A DNA stretch of 64,000 nt from Eledone cirrhosa (Eukaryota): positions 85,870,001 through 85,934,000 of the forward strand of contig OZ024745.1 of NCBI GenBank assembly GCA_964016885.1, written 5' to 3'. A program made the translations under genes and the position numbers. This document shows positions 33,823 through 48,934 of the stretch, piece by piece. Below the pieces are notes generated by a model. That model saw only the letters and a program-made list of their open reading frames with translations. It ran no database searches and had not been told where the DNA came from. Each line of letters begins with the position of its first letter. The first letter of the stretch is position 1.

Positions 33823-35398
33823 CACACATACATACACACACACACATATATATATATATATACATACACACATACAAACATACACACACACACACATATA
33901 TATACACATACACACACATATATATACACACACACACACACGCATATATGTATATATATATATACACATACGCATACATCCAGATCCTTTCCACTTGAAA
34001 TAATCAACAATGGAATAGACAGGGCAAAACACCTAAATCCCCATCAACTTAACAATCCAAAACAGAAAACCACACTCAACACCCTGCCATATGTATCCAC
34101 TTTCAACCCCAGAAATACCGAAATGTTTGATCACCTACACAAAAACCTCCCCATCCTACTTAAAGATGTAAAAATGAAATCTATTCTTGAAACACACAAG
34201 ATCCTTAAAAGTAAAAGACAACCCAAATCACTTAAACGCATTCTCACTGGACCAAATATACCCAAACCAATCCTCAACCCTACAGTTACCAAATGTGGTA
34301 GAACAAACTGTGGAACGTGCCTCTACCTCACTGAAGGACAAACATTTACATTCAAAGATGGCCAAACATTTACAGTAAAAAAACAATTTCACCTGCAACT
34401 CGGAGAACTTGATTTACGTAATAACTTGCGGTGGGTGCAAACACAACTACATAGGACAGACGGGCACCTCATTACGCAAAAGAATGACCATCCACCGCCA
34501 ACAAATCCGGGACGCTAACACAAGAAAAATCCCCTTGAGCAGCCATATTGCGAACTGCGCAGGAATGACACTACCCAACTTTAAAATCTTCCCCTTCTAC
34601 AAGTGCTCAGATTCGTTCACACAGCAACAAAGAATAAACAAAGAAAATCTATTCCTTAACAAATTTAAACAAAAACTAAACGGGTTATCACCCCAATAGA
34701 ATTGTCATAAAATATAAACACACATACGCACGGAATCACTACTATTAAAGACCAGAGACCAATTCTGTAGAATCAGGTTTATTCGTTGACAGACCATGCC
34801 TTTGTGTGACCAACACATCCATGTTAAACCCTGCACGTGCACACACATATATCTATATATATATGCGCACACAGAATTCACCACTGTCGGTTGCGGGGCC
34901 CAATCTACATGAAGAACTCAATGTGATCAGAATGACTTGTATTTTAATTTCACTGTCCCAACTTCTTATATTATGGAAAAAATATATGTGTCTCTATGTA
35001 TATATATATATATATATATATATTTGGAGGCCATTTCTCTGTGTGTGGGTGTATGTATGTGTATATGTGTGTGTGTGTGTATGTGTGTGCATGTGGATGT
35101 ATGTATTGTGTGTGCGTGTGTGTGTGTGTGTATGTATGTGTGTATCTGGATGTATGCGTATGTGTATATATATATATATATATGCGCGCGTGTGTGTGTG
35201 TGTATATATATGTGTGTGTATGTGTATATATATGTGTGTGTGTGTGTATGTTTGTATGTGTGTATGTATATATATATATGTGTGTGTGTGTATGTATGTG
35301 TGGGGGGGTGTATATATATGTGTGTGTGTGTGTGTGTGTATGTTTGTGTGTATCTGAATGTATGTGTATGTATATATATGTGTGTGTATGTATATATA

Positions 35399-35435
<37 letters not shown>

Positions 35436-36018
35436 GTGTGTGTATGTGTATATATATGTGTGTGTGTGTATATGTATATATATATATATATATATGTATA
35501 TGTATATGTATATGTATGTATGTGTGGATGAAGGTATGTGTGTATATATAGGTGTAAGTGCACTAAATCCCTTTCTATCACGCTCTACTCTCCTACCCAC
35601 CACAGGAAGATATGTGTATGTATATTGCTTCCACCCCCTCACTGACCAGCAGCTGGCCAGTTGGCGATTGCTAAATCTGACCTTTATAAAATAACCCACA
35701 CCCCAAATAACTTCTCATTCACTACCAGAAAGGGACACAGCAGTCAACCTGTTGTTGCTACCTAGATGAAAACTGCTATGAAATCCCACAATGAATTTTA
35801 TACTTGAATTTTCAAATCTCAAATTTTAACTCTTCGTATTATTAATTTTTCTTAATATTAATCAACATTTGAAAAGATGGCTTTTGCAGACCCATCGAAA
35901 CCGGTCATTTTTTATACCCTTTATTAATTCCTTACCTTATAAAATTATGTTTTTTCACAAAAAAGTATTCTGTCTCTTATATATTCCATGTGCCATTACC
36001 AACCTCAATTTTCTCTAT
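33071..36018. mobile_element. PLE family H fold-back insertion with ~0.9-kb inverted arms
   Basis: 33071-33985 is the inverse of 35144-36018, including an internal CA/TA tract. The middle 33986-34699 (+) encodes a thumb, a CGRTNCGTC linker and GIY-YIG (IYVITC..YIGQTG). Confidence 0.88.
35864..35911 (+). ncRNA. Hammerhead ribozyme motif, family H (U3-A8)
   Basis: TTGAAAA-gatgg/ccatc-GAAA-ccgg-TC; weak stem I; mirror copy at ~33177-33222 (-). Confidence 0.65.
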
Positions 36019-36047
36019 AACCTTCGTTTTGTGTAGAAAATTACACT

Positions 36048-36140
<93 letters not shown>

Positions 36141-36276
36141 ATATATATATATGTGTATATATATATTGTATATATATATATATTGTATATATATATATAT
36201 TATATATTATATATATATATATTGTATATATATATATATATTATATATTATATATATATATATTGTATATATATAT

Positions 36277-36310
<34 letters not shown>

Positions 36311-36407
36311 ATATATATTATATATCGTATATATATATATTATATATATATATATATTATATATATATATTTATATTATATATTATATATATATATGTTA
36401 TATATAT

Positions 36408-36720
36408 TTCGTTTCTGAATTTGTTTAGCAAGATTCTTTATCTGAAATCGTGTGTTGAAACCGATATTGTTATACTTTGGGAGGGTCATGTTGCCAATAA
36501 AAAACACACGCACCAGTTGCTTTCACTTCAATTTATTATAATAAATTTATGATAAATTTATAAATTTATAAATTTCTGGTTGGTTGGTTGGTTCCACAAC
36601 CAGATAGTTGTTTATATATAGTCATAGTTCTTTCGTCACACACTCTGTGACCTCTTCAGTGACTGGGGATTCCTTTCTTTGTTTCTGTGCCTCTCCTTTG
36701 TTCTGTCCTACGCCATTTTG
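36408..36720 (-). mobile_element. Solo 3' end of PLE family D with HHR
   Basis: Matches 19190-19500; a shorter piece lies at 24310-24370. Confidence 0.8.
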
Positions 36721-37364
36721 TTATATATATGTTATATATGTATATGTTTATTATATATATATATATATAAGTTATATATATATATATGTTATATATATAA
36801 GTTATATATATATGTTTATTATATATATATATATGTTATATATATAAGTTACATATATATGTTTATTATATATATATATGTTATATATATATGTTATATA
36901 TATATGTTATATATGTTATATATATATGTTATATATGTTATATATATATGTTATATATATATATATGTATATCTATATATATATATATATTATATATATA
37001 TTATATATATATATTATATATATATATTATATATATATGTATATTATATATATATATTATATATATATATATAATATATATATGTTATATATATATATAT
37101 TATATATATATACATATATATATATTATATATATATATTATATATATATATATAAATTATATATTATATATATATATTATATATATATATTATATATTAT
37201 ATATATATAAATTATATATTATATATATATATATTATATATTATATATATATATTATATATATGTATATTATATATTATATATATATATTATATATATAT
37301 ATTATATATATATATTATATATATATATTATATATATATATATTATATATTATATATATATAAT

Positions 37365-40300
37365 AAAACCCCAATCCTGCCTACACCACCAACAATTGCA
37401 CAACCAATGCAATCACCACAACTACCACTACAAAAACAACAACCACAGCTCAAACCAAAACAAAACAATATCCAACCCATCCCCCCCACTCAAAAAAAAA
37501 ACAATTTCCAAAACACCCGCACCGCAAACACAACCCGAAAATATACCGCTCCCTTCCAACGCGGAAGATGACCCTAGTTAGTCGTCAGACGAGGAGGAAC
37601 ACTTCCACACAATCTAAAGAAAAAAAAGAAAACACCCCTCAGACACACAAATGAAAACAACCCCCCCAAAAAACATAACACTGACACCAACACAAAAGAG
37701 CTCACAACAACAGCAAACAAAAAACACCACACAAAAACAAAAACATGCATACACATACATAAACACAAGAAACAAAAAACTGTTAAACATTGTGTACAAC
37801 AACAATTTAATAAAAACCCAAGGGCCTAACTTCACCAAGGCAGGGGATTTCCCCCACCTCAAAATGATTAAGCCCCACAGGACACTTATAAAACTTTAAA
37901 AAACAACTTTAAAGAGGACGTGGGTCCCCCCTGCGTCGGGCCCATAAACCGCGTCCGCCTAAAAAACTACCCCACCTACTCCCCAAACACCCACACAACT
38001 CCAAACACCCCAACCACACAACACACTGATGCCCCTACACTTCCACAAACCACCACCCAACAACCCATCCCCCTCCCTAATGTAAATTGTGCAGCCCGAT
38101 ACCCGGGACGCATAGAGGTAAGTGCCTTTTCTCTTCACCACCAACATGGCTATGCTAAGAGTAGGCTGTTTAAATGTGCGTGGCCTGGGCTCAACTTGGA
38201 AGCAAGCAATGCTTCTAAATAACCTCAGGTCACAACGTATAGATGTGATGGTTATTTGCGAGGCCCGGATCAGCAACGTGCGACAGCTGGCCCCCACCTT
38301 TGATGACTTTGAGATGCACGCATCTCTCTGTCAGCCCGGAGGTGGGGGTGTAGTTGTCGTTCTGCTGCAAAAACATCTGGGTTTCGCAAAACAGACGGTA
38401 CATTTGGACCCGGAGGGTCGACTAGTGGTTCTGGACCTTGGCAGTGGTGAAGGCGGAGCGTTTAGGTTGGTAGCAGCCTACGGCCCTTTCGGGTCAATGT
38501 GGCCGGACTTCTTCCATCGTCTGGAGACTTTTCTAGGGATGTCCCGCTCCTTGCTATTAGTGGGGGACTGGAATGGTATCCTAGATGCACGCTGGGACTA
38601 CGTAGGGGCCTGTCCCGATAGAGAGGGGTGTAAAAGCCTCAAAGGGTTAATCGGTCGATTTGACCTGGCCGATAGATATCGACTAGATTTTCCGACTGCG
38701 CCAACCTGGACTTGGGCAAATCTCAGCGGATCATCTAGGTCGTACCTAGATAGGTTTTTAGTTAGAAATAAGGATAATGACTTTTTAAGTTGTCCAAAAA
38801 TGAGCATCGTTGGTTATTCAGACCACATGTTAGTGACCTGCATGGTCAACCTTGACAGAACGCATAGACAGGGACCCGGTTACTGGAAGCTCAACTTGTC
38901 CTTACCGACAAGTAAGGCTTACAGGGACCGGATTAGCACTTTAGTTAAAGAGCGGTTGACGGGCGCTATCGTCAACAGCAGGTGGTGGGGATCTCTCAAA
39001 AGAGAGATTAGAGTAGTCTCTATAGAATTTAGTAAGGAGTTAGCCTCAAATAGAAATAGGAAGGAAAGGGAGCTGGTAGATAGTGTAGAAGAGGCAATTA
39101 GAAGCGGCGACGTGGCCAGAGTGCTAGCGTCGAGAACGGCCCTGGGCCAGATCTTCGACGGGAAACACGAAGGCTGCATCGTCCGAAGCAAAATACGTGC
39201 TCTGGGAAACGAGGGGACCAAAGCTGTTAGCTGGGCCCGCGAGGCTTTTCAAAAGCACTTTGCCGGATTGTTCGGAAGGGGCGGGGGGCCGGTTGGGGAT
39301 GTGGACTTCGGTCCATACATCGACGGCCTGCCGAGTCTCTCGGACAGGGAGGCGAAGTCCTGCGAGGAGCCGATTTCAGCCGCTGAGTTAGAGGACGTGC
39401 TAAGCCAATGCGGCAAACGCAAATCCGCGGGTCACGATGGTCTTCCATACGAACTGTATCTAGCTATGCCGGACTTGTTGCCCGATCTCCTCGAGGCGGT
39501 CTACTGCAACTAGCAACAGCACGGGATAATTCCCTGTGCTGTGACCAAGCGCGTAGTCACGCTAGTGAGGAAGGACGAGAACAAGGGGGACGATATAAAT
39601 AATTTCAGGCCCATAACTCTGCTAAATACAGAGTTACAGATTTTGGCCAAGGTGCTAGCAAAGAGGTTGGCGCTTGTCGTGGGCGATCTGGTGGGAGATG
39701 CGCAGACATGTGCTATCCCGTCCAGGTCCATCAACGACAAACTCCATCTCATGCGATACATCATAGAGAGGGTTGGGAACGAACCCGGCTTTGGTGGGGC
39801 CCTGATCAACTTGGTCAATATAAGGCGTTCGATAGGGTCGACCATGGTTACCTGGATGCGGTGCTAGCGGCGGCAGGCTTCGGACCCGTTTTCAGGGGCT
39901 GGATCAATGCCATGCACAGCAGCAGCATCTGCTCTAGGGTCAAGGTGAACGGCTACCTCTCGGTTAGGAAATCGCGCGGTCCATCCGACAAGGGTGCCCT
40001 CTCTCCTCCCTTCTGTATGTAATGACTCTAGAGCCACTGCTGCGGAAGTTGGAGTTGTTGCAGGGCATCCAGTTGGAACCGGAAAGCGGTGTCGGCCTAC
40101 GCCGACGACGTAACATTAATGGTGTCGACGGCCTCGGAAATCGGGGCGATCGGCACCTTACTGGAGGAGTACGAAAGGTTTACAGGGGCTAAGCTGAACC
40201 GGGACAAGTCGATCGGTCTACAACTCGGCACGTGGAGGGGCAGATCTATGCCCTCCGATGGAGTTGTCGGGCGCTGGACGGAAGGCCCGGTGAAGTTGCA

Positions 40301-41708
40301 CGGGGTCTCGTTCGGAGCAGACCTCCAGGTGGAGAAGAACTGGGGTGAGGTAACAAACAGGGCGTTTGCACTGACCCAGAAGTGGGCCGAGTGCAAACTG
40401 TCCTTGAAAGGTCGGGCGGAGGTGGCGAATACTTATATAGCGTCCGTCATCTACTACCGCCTGACCGTTGTGCCTTGCCCAAGGGATACGCTCGCCAAAA
40501 CGGAGCGCGCACTCTTCCAATTCCTTTGGAAGAAGCGGGCTCCTATGGTGAGGAGATCCTTCTGCTGTCAACACCCTTCGAAAGGAGGGCTGCGGTTGCC
40601 GTGGCTAATGATACGTAAACACGCATTAAGGCTACGGCACCTCCAGGTATTCCTCACCGGTCAATCGGTGTGGGCCCCGTTTGTGAGGCGAGCCTCTCTC
40701 AGACTCGTCTCACTCACCGTACTGCAATCCTGGGTCAAGCAAAGACCGAGAAAATTGGGCGCTCACGGCTCCCTGGCAGGCGGACCCGCCTGTCAGTGGA
40801 GAATCCACCTCGTCATTCTATAGAGGGCTGGTGGTTAGCAGGTGCGACGATGCCCTCGGAGAAGCCCTAGGCATGGAGGAAGACGAACTGGCCAACCTGT
40901 TCGGTAGGACATTCAGCCCGGGACCCATAGATAACTGACCTGGCAGTGCTACCGAATGGCTCTGTCCGTTCGAGAAAGGCTCTACAGACACGGGCACCCG
41001 GGTAGGGACCCCTCGAAAAAGATCTGTCCCAGATGCGTGTGCGACGAGGAAACCGTTGCACACGCATTGGTACACTGCTCGGGCATTGCCGATCTGTGGG
41101 GCTATGTCGAACAACTGTTGTCAAGGGTGGAACCGATCCGGTTGACCACCGAGTCTATTGTAACGATCAAGCCCCCCCCCCCCCACTTCAAAAACGAAGG
41201 AAAGGCGGTGTTTCTGTGCGTAATAGCCACGGCGAAAGAGGTTGTATGGTGGACGCGTCTGAAAGGACTGAGGTCAGACACCTTTCTCTCTGGCCAACAA
41301 CTGGTCTGTTTCTTCCGATATCATTTCGGAAGAAGGATCAGGATGGAGAGAGAGGTGCTGCACCCCAGCCGTTTTTATGAAAGATGGGTGAAAGTGACGA
41401 GAATGGCCCGTGTGAATGGGCCTTCACTCTACATCAGACTATAGGTGAGGAAGAGGAAAGATCAAGGGAGCACCCCCTCTCTGTGCTCCTGAGGAGAAGG
41501 GTTGCACAATTTTTTCGGGGGTGTGTGCGACCCCCCAAGGCGCCTCCTCCCTATGGAGGATTTTGTTATAAAATTTATTTTGTTATATTGTATTTTATTT
41601 TTATACTTTGTTATTGCCTCCTCCATATTGAGGACGCCCTGTTATGTAAACTCCCCCCATTGTACTTGTCCCACTTTTGATGCCCTGGTGGCAAATAAAA
41701 AGAGAGTC
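37365..41708 (+). mobile_element. L1/Tx1-like non-LTR retrotransposon, 5'-truncated and decayed
   Basis: APE (CLNVRGL, GDWN, SYLDRFL, SDH, GPGYWKLN), RT (FRPITLLN, KAFDRVDH, AYADD), C-terminal CPRC..ETVAHALVHC knuckle, AATAAA near 41694. Confidence 0.9.
38146..41444 (+). pseudogene. L1/Tx1 ORF2 with stops and frameshifts
   Basis: ORF pieces 38122-39513, 39541-39867, 39708-40022, 40089-40823 and 40956-41444. Confidence 0.88.
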
Positions 41709-41717
41709 ATATATATA

Positions 41718-41783
<66 letters not shown>

Positions 41784-41939
41784 GGGATACTATTTATGGT
41801 TATGTATATATTAAAACTTTTTATAGTTATGTATATTTTAAACCCTAAACAGTGAAGGTCAGTAATTTATTACTACCTTATTACCAGTAAGATATATAGC
41901 TCAATGTAATAACATCAATTGTTCTACAGAGCAGTTATA

Positions 41940-42566
41940 TAGAATTCACAATAATCAAAGCTATGTTCAAAACATTTATTCACTTACAATTGTTTCATCC
42001 AACCTAGGCTTCGGAGCATTTTTCAATGTTTGTACACATAATTGACCTCCTTTCCAACGCAAGAGACATACAGATACATATATATATATTGATGTACAGT
42101 GGAGTGGCATATATTATACTATACTATTTTTGTACAGCAATTCAAATTCAAAATCAAAATCAAAATGAAAATCAAAATCAAAATGAAAATTGAAATTAAA
42201 ATCAAAATCAAAATTAAAATACATTCGACAGATAATGCAAGAGGATAGTTTGATATCCTCTTGCATTATCTGTGTTATCTGCGGAATGTATTTTAATTTT
42301 GATTTTGATTTTAATTTTAATTTTCATTTTGATGTTGATTTTGATTTTGAATTTGAATTTGAATTGCTGTACAAAAATAGTATAGTATAATATATGCCAC
42401 TCCACTGTACATCAATATATATACATGTATCTGTATGTCTCTTGCGTTGGAAAGGAGGTCAATTATGTGTACAAACATTGAAAAATGCTCCGAAGATTCC
42501 AAGCCTAGGTTTGGATGAAACAATTGTAAGTGAGTAAATGCTTTGAACATAGATTTGATTCTTGTG

Positions 42567-42572
<6 letters not shown>
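41940..42572. mobile_element. ~300-bp-arm hairpin of family I 3' ends
   Basis: Centre gaggata-gtttga-tatcctc at ~42241-42260. HHR-like CCGAAGA..GAAA-caattg-TA at ~42487-42531 (+). Family also at 48935-49240 (-). Confidence 0.8.
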
Positions 42573-42604
<32 letters not shown>

Positions 42605-42607
<3 letters not shown>

Positions 42608-45150
42608 TATTGAAGTTTCCGTTGAAAATTGAAAATGTCATAGGAGTGAAGAGTGCTCTATGTAAGTACCAGAGCAAAATTTAATGTATAATAAAGAATA
42701 CAATATAATGACCTCATTACCAGAGGTTTCCCAAATAAGACGATTACGAAAAAAAACGTCCTCATTCGTTCGTCGGACAAGGTAATATAAAACATTGTGA
42801 AATATTTGGAAAGTCTCCTCAAGAAATGCAAAAAATATATAAATAAAAGTAATGCAAGAGATATATAAAAAAATATATAAAAAATATAAGGAAATATAGT
42901 TAGGTATGTGTATATGTATGTATATACACTCACAAATGTACATATGTGTGTATGTACAAATGCATGTGTATGGTGAAAATGTGTGCGTAAGTACATATAT
43001 GAGGGCAAGTATATTTGTGTATATGTGACCACAAATACGGATATAATATGAGTTGAAAAAGAAAATGATAATATAGTTGACACGCATCCAGATACAGGTA
43101 TTAAATACACATACGAGTATGAAAGCACGCGTATAAACACACACGCACACGCGGTCACTTATATGCGGAAGATAAAGAGGGAAGGGAGTGTAATAGTAAA
43201 AAGAAGTGTCATTCTCGATATATGTATAAAAATGAAACAATATATGAGAATGAAAAGATGAAAGAGAAAGTAATCAATTAACACTAGAGAAAAGAAAACA
43301 AACATAGGTACGCACGTACATACACAGATATCTATAAAAACATATATCTATAAAAAAATATATTTATACACAAATACGTACAGACAAAACGCATGCATGA
43401 GTACATACATACAGACGAGGCACGTATATACATATATCGCCCCATGTATATCTAATCACACGTACGTACGCGACTATATATATATATATACATACACATA
43501 CACACCCATACATACATATACATATATACACACATACATACACATTCACGTACATTCACCCGCTTACACACACACGTGAAAATAAGAATGTAAAAAACAT
43601 AGATATAAAAACACACATACACACACATATATATACACCACGCACGCGCACATACGGAGCCGTTCGTATACATATACAGAACGTATACGCACATAAGCAC
43701 ACTTAGACACATAGATACAGAGTATAAAGCAGCCTTATGAATAAATGAGTACAAATATAAAATCGGCTGCGAAACAACAGAGTATATCTGGAGTGGAAAA
43801 CGCAAGTGACATGTCAAATCAGGTAGTGAAAGAAAATGGGGAAGTAAAATGTGGAATGTGAAGATATTAGGTAAGTGAATCGAAGAGTAGGGGGGGGGGG
43901 TTACTGGTGGACGTGAAGTAAAAATAAAAATAAAATTAAAAATAAAGTTAAAAATGAAAGTAAATCAGAAAGAGAAGTCTGTAAAGAGAATAATTTAAGG
44001 AAAGTGAAGAATAAGAGCTTATGGAGGATAAGTATCTGAAAGTGAGTTAAGTTTATATGAGCTGGAAAGTAAGTGTGATTTCATGTGTGGGCAACTGGTG
44101 AAAATTTCTGTTTTTGTATTTAGGCAGGTTTTTGGTGATTTAAGGCTTTGTAAAATCCAATATTTTTCACTTATGCAGAGTGTGCATCTTCTTGTTCCTC
44201 TTGCATATTCTTTAGATTGGTTCAAAATTGACCAATCCAATTTATATTGGATACCTTGGTTTTTCAAATCCCATATTCTACTAGCCAGAGCTGTTGTGAA
44301 TCTTTTTCTGGATGTCGGAAAGATGCGTTTTGAATTTGTCTTGTGTCATACCCACATATCGTTCGCTGGTGGCTGGTTGGTTGTTGCTGATGGTTGTCAC
44401 TTTAGCCGCATATACAATGGCTTTGGTGTTGCATTTACCTTGTAATGGGCATTCATTTTTGATTCTACAGGAGCAATGTTGATGTTCTCTGGGTGATTTC
44501 TTATTGATGATATAAGATTTAATAGGGGGACCGCAGGAGTAGCTAATTTTGACACAGTTTCTATTGAAGATCTTATAGTATCTATGTGTTCTAGGGAAAT
44601 GTTTATCTAAGAACTCTAGGAATTTTTTGCCTACATTAGTTTTAACTGCTAGAGAGTAGGGGGGTAAACCTGATTATTTTTATTTTTATTTTTTTATGTT
44701 TAATAGAGTTAGTATAGTTGGGTATGTATTTAATCGGTTCGCTAAAACCGCTATTTTGGAGGGCTTTATTATAGTAGGGGCATGCCTTATTAAAAATAGC
44801 TTCTGAGGAAGAGAGGGTGGAGATCCTACGGCTAATATTAGGGATAAGGTTTTTAAAAACTATAGGAGGATGTCAAGAGCCTTTATTTATATATTTTAAA
44901 TTTTCATTAGGTTTATGGTATGGTTTATAAGAAGCAGTAGGCAAATCTAGGTTTATATCTAGAAAATTAACATTGGAAAGGTTAGTGTCAATAGTAATTT
45001 TAAGATTAAAACTAGCAAAGGTTTTTATTAAGTCTTTCCTTAATCTGTCTAAGTTTTGGCCTATGGTGGTATGGGAAAGTATTAGACCATTGTCGCGATA
45101 AAGCCCAAAAATATGGTTAGGGAAGTGTGTGTAGGAGGAATAGGCCGACT
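42605..45150 (-). mobile_element. PLE fragment: RT end (GLYRDNG), thumb, GIY-YIG and 3' UTR
   Basis: HCSCRIKNECPLQGKC..IVY at ~44410-44480; ORF 44019-44267 CTLCISEK..LNTKTE..CPH. Confidence 0.82.
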
Positions 45151-45159
45151 AAATGGGCT

Positions 45160-47735
45160 CTTTTGACTGTGCTGATAATGAGAGAATGTTACATAATATA
45201 ATGTTCCATATATTGGTTTTTCACTATGGTGTCTTGGTTGCATCATTTGTCAGCCATAATCAAGCAGTATTGATCTGTCGAGGCTGCATTGTGTGAGATC
45301 TGCCTATGGGTAACAAGATGGCTGCCACAGGACATATTTACCTTACTAATTAGAGGGTGGTTTCAGGGGAAGTAACTCCTCGAGGGACTAGAAATTGTGG
45401 GTATTTATAGTTAAGTGCTAATTTTTAAATGTTTTAATTGAGGGACAATGTAGGGGAGGTAACTTATAATTATCTAAGTTGTTCATAGCTATTTAACTTA
45501 TTAGCTACAAGTAAAAATGGGGCTAGATGACTAACTTGGGTCAAATATTCTATTGGCGAAGGAATTAGCCCTTCGATGTTGACAGCTAATAGTTACCTCC
45601 GTTCTATCATTAATCGGTAGAGGTCGTGGTACAGTTATGTAATATGCTACTGTAATACAGAGATCACAAAATTTTCTTCGTCCATTGAACGGTTGGGCCC
45701 TAGCCACGATATCCCATTTTAGTCAGTGTTGAACGTTGTTTAATTTAAGGTTTTTAATGAGACTAGCTAGCGATGTCGAACATCTGTTGCTAGGTTCTCG
45801 GAAAGAAAAAGAGTTCGCGTTATAGCGTACCTTAAAAGGGTTAGAGGTAGACCCGATATAAGAGCTGGTATTCGAAGCAGTCCCAACCGTGCACCTATAG
45901 ACTATGTTGGGTGTCAGGCAGTGTCCATTTAATGGGCATACATTGGGATAACGGCAGTTGCAGTTGCTTCTGCGGTTAGTGAGAGTAGGGAAGTTTAACC
46001 TAAGCGGTAGGTCAGTGCTAGAAGGTTTAGATGGGAGAGGTGTGCTACTAGAGTAATTATTGGTGTAGTGGCGTGGTGTATTTGATAGGGGTGGTGGTAC
46101 TGCGGTGTTGGAGTTATACTGTTTTAGTTTATGATGGTTACTGAATGCGATGTGGCTAGCTAGGTTAGGTGTTGTGGAGAATGAGATTTTAATGTTATTT
46201 TTATTAAAGAGTTTGTAATATCTATGGTTGGGGGGGGATGTTTAGATGGGATATTAGTGGCTAGATTAGATGAGATGGGGGGTTAAGCCAGGTGATATTT
46301 CTAGGTCTATTCCTTCTAGGGGTTCTAGTGGAGTTGGTAGGGACCTTCCTAGGGTTATTATTACCTGGGGATTTGTTATTTGTCATCCCATTTCTCATTC
46401 CTATTCTAGGGTTGATTTTTAGTTTGCTACTTGGAGTGTGGAGCAGGCCGCTGCCACCATTAAAGTTCCCTGTATAGGTGCTGTTACTGCTAAAATTCCG
46501 GCGAATCTGGCTATATGCTAAGGTATTTCTAGTTCTAGTGTTAAGTTTATTATGCTGAATTGCTGTGTTATGGCATTTAGGTATGTAATAAATTGATTGT
46601 TCATAACCAGATTCAGAAAGAGACTTATTATAATATTGTGCATGGTTTATAAATATCTCCTCATTTGCTGATAGCATTGAGATCCTATACGAGATAGATT
46701 TGATTACTGCTCTGATGACTGCCGGTGAGTGGTTAGAGTGTGGGCTAATATATGTGAGTATTTCACCTAGTTTATGGTAAGGGTAATATACGTTATTGTT
46801 GAGATCCAGGGTGACGTCTAGGAAGTTTACTACTTTATGGTTCAGCTCGATGGTGATAGAGAGACCGTTATTTTTAAAGAATCTATGTAATTGTTTTTTT
46901 AGCAAATCAAAGCACCGATTAGTGCACTTGTGGTCTGGAAATAGGGCGTCGTTCCTGTATATTCCGCCTTGCAAGGGTTGGATTTCGGCTCTGATGTTAT
47001 GTAATAGCTAAATTCCAACTAAATCGGTGATTTGCGCGGAGTCACTTGAGCCCATCGTAATGTCAAAGTTGTCTGTTCTATCTTGTCTAGTCCAGAGTGC
47101 TCCGTTGAATTCAATGATAGTCGGCCTAGCCATAAGTATGATGTTAATCTCATTATTGATTATGTCCGAGTTGGTGCTGGCTAGGTTTAATGCTTTGTTG
47201 AGCAGTTCCGGGGTTATTGACGCGTAATAGCTGTCGATGTCAAATTGGATGAACCTCATAGATTGCTTGGACCTTAGATCGGAGAACCATCTAATGACTT
47301 GGCCGGTGTTTGACCACAACTTGTAGGTGATATCATCCCGTAGCCCAGGGATTATGCTATCAAGGATGTTCTTACTGATGCGGCCCAGGTTAGATGTGGT
47401 TGGGCTTATAAGTCTAATAGATGGGTTCTCTATAAAGTTTGGCTTATGATCCTTGAGAGAGAACCTTGGGGTTGTTGGTACATAAGGGTGGGTAAATCTA
47501 TCCAGATGCAAGTCCTTAACCAAAGCCTGGGCTTTTCGGTTAAGTACGTTTACACTGGAGGCTATAGATTTTTTTATAGTTTTTATTGAGTTCTTTAAGA
47601 AGGAAAGAGTTGTAAGTTTCAGAAGTCATGGTGTATAGACTTTTAGTTGTGTCAGACATAACATGTAAGAGGTGGCTATCTTTAAATTTGGTTATAGTTG
47701 TTGCTAATTTAGTGAGGAAATTATTCTTGTGTCTA
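45160..47735 (-). mobile_element. PLE fragment: RT, thumb and GIY-YIG of another family
   Basis: FSLKDHK..RLI, FDIDSYY, TMGSSDSA, GIYRND, FLDVTLDL; CNCRYPNVCPLNGHCL..IVY..YIG at ~45850-45970. Confidence 0.88.
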
Positions 47736-47861
47736 TAATATATATATATATATAATATATATATATGTAATATATATATAATATATATATATATATAATA
47801 TATATATATAATATATATATATATATAATATATATATATATATAATATATATATATAATAT

Positions 47862-47893
<32 letters not shown>

Positions 47894-48032
47894 ATATATA
47901 TATATACATATATAATATATATATAATATATACATATATATATATTTAATATATAAATATATATAATATATATATAATATATATATATAATATATATATT
48001 ATATATATATATATAATATATATATAATATAT

Positions 48033-48070
<38 letters not shown>

Positions 48071-48127
48071 ATTGTTTCTACTTTAGGCACAAGGCCAGCA
48101 ATTACCCAGTGCATTACTGGTACTATT

Positions 48128-48193
<66 letters not shown>

Positions 48194-48260
48194 AATATAA
48201 TATATATATATATAACATATATAATATATATTTATATATATAATATATATATATATATAT

Positions 48261-48308
<48 letters not shown>

Positions 48309-48346
48309 TATATAATATATATATATATAATATATATATATATATA

Positions 48347-48699
48347 ATATCATAAAACGTCTATAGAATCACCAGATAGAATATATACCATTTCCTCTCC
48401 CAATTAGCATAATTAACCATATAAGAAATCAATTAGACCAAGCTATAAGAATACAGCATGTATAAATCGACCAGATATACAGTAAACTAAATAGAATTAT
48501 GTGTAAAATAAACTAGAAGAAAAGTGTTCATATTTAAATTAAATATGTACACTTGCGGTTATTTGTCGGAGATATCTTCATAGGAGCCTTTATTCTTATA
48601 GCTTGGTCTAATTGATTTTTTATATGGTTAATTATGCTAATTGGGAGAGGAAACGGTATATATTTTATCTGGTGATTCTATAGACGTTTTTATGATATA
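48347..48699. repeat. ~105-bp inverted repeat with ~140-bp spacer
   Basis: 48347-48453 is the inverse of 48592-48699. Confidence 0.8.
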
Positions 48700-48845
48700 T
48701 AGCTCTGATAATTTAATTTATTAATTCTTCATTGAGTCACAAAGTGACCCGTTGCAAAACACATATATATTTATGACTATATATATATATATGTAAACCT
48801 TTATATATATATATAATATATAAATATAATATATATATATATAAT

Positions 48846-48879
<34 letters not shown>

Positions 48880-48934
48880 ATATATATATTATATATATAT
48901 ATTAAAAATATATATATATATTATATATATAGAG

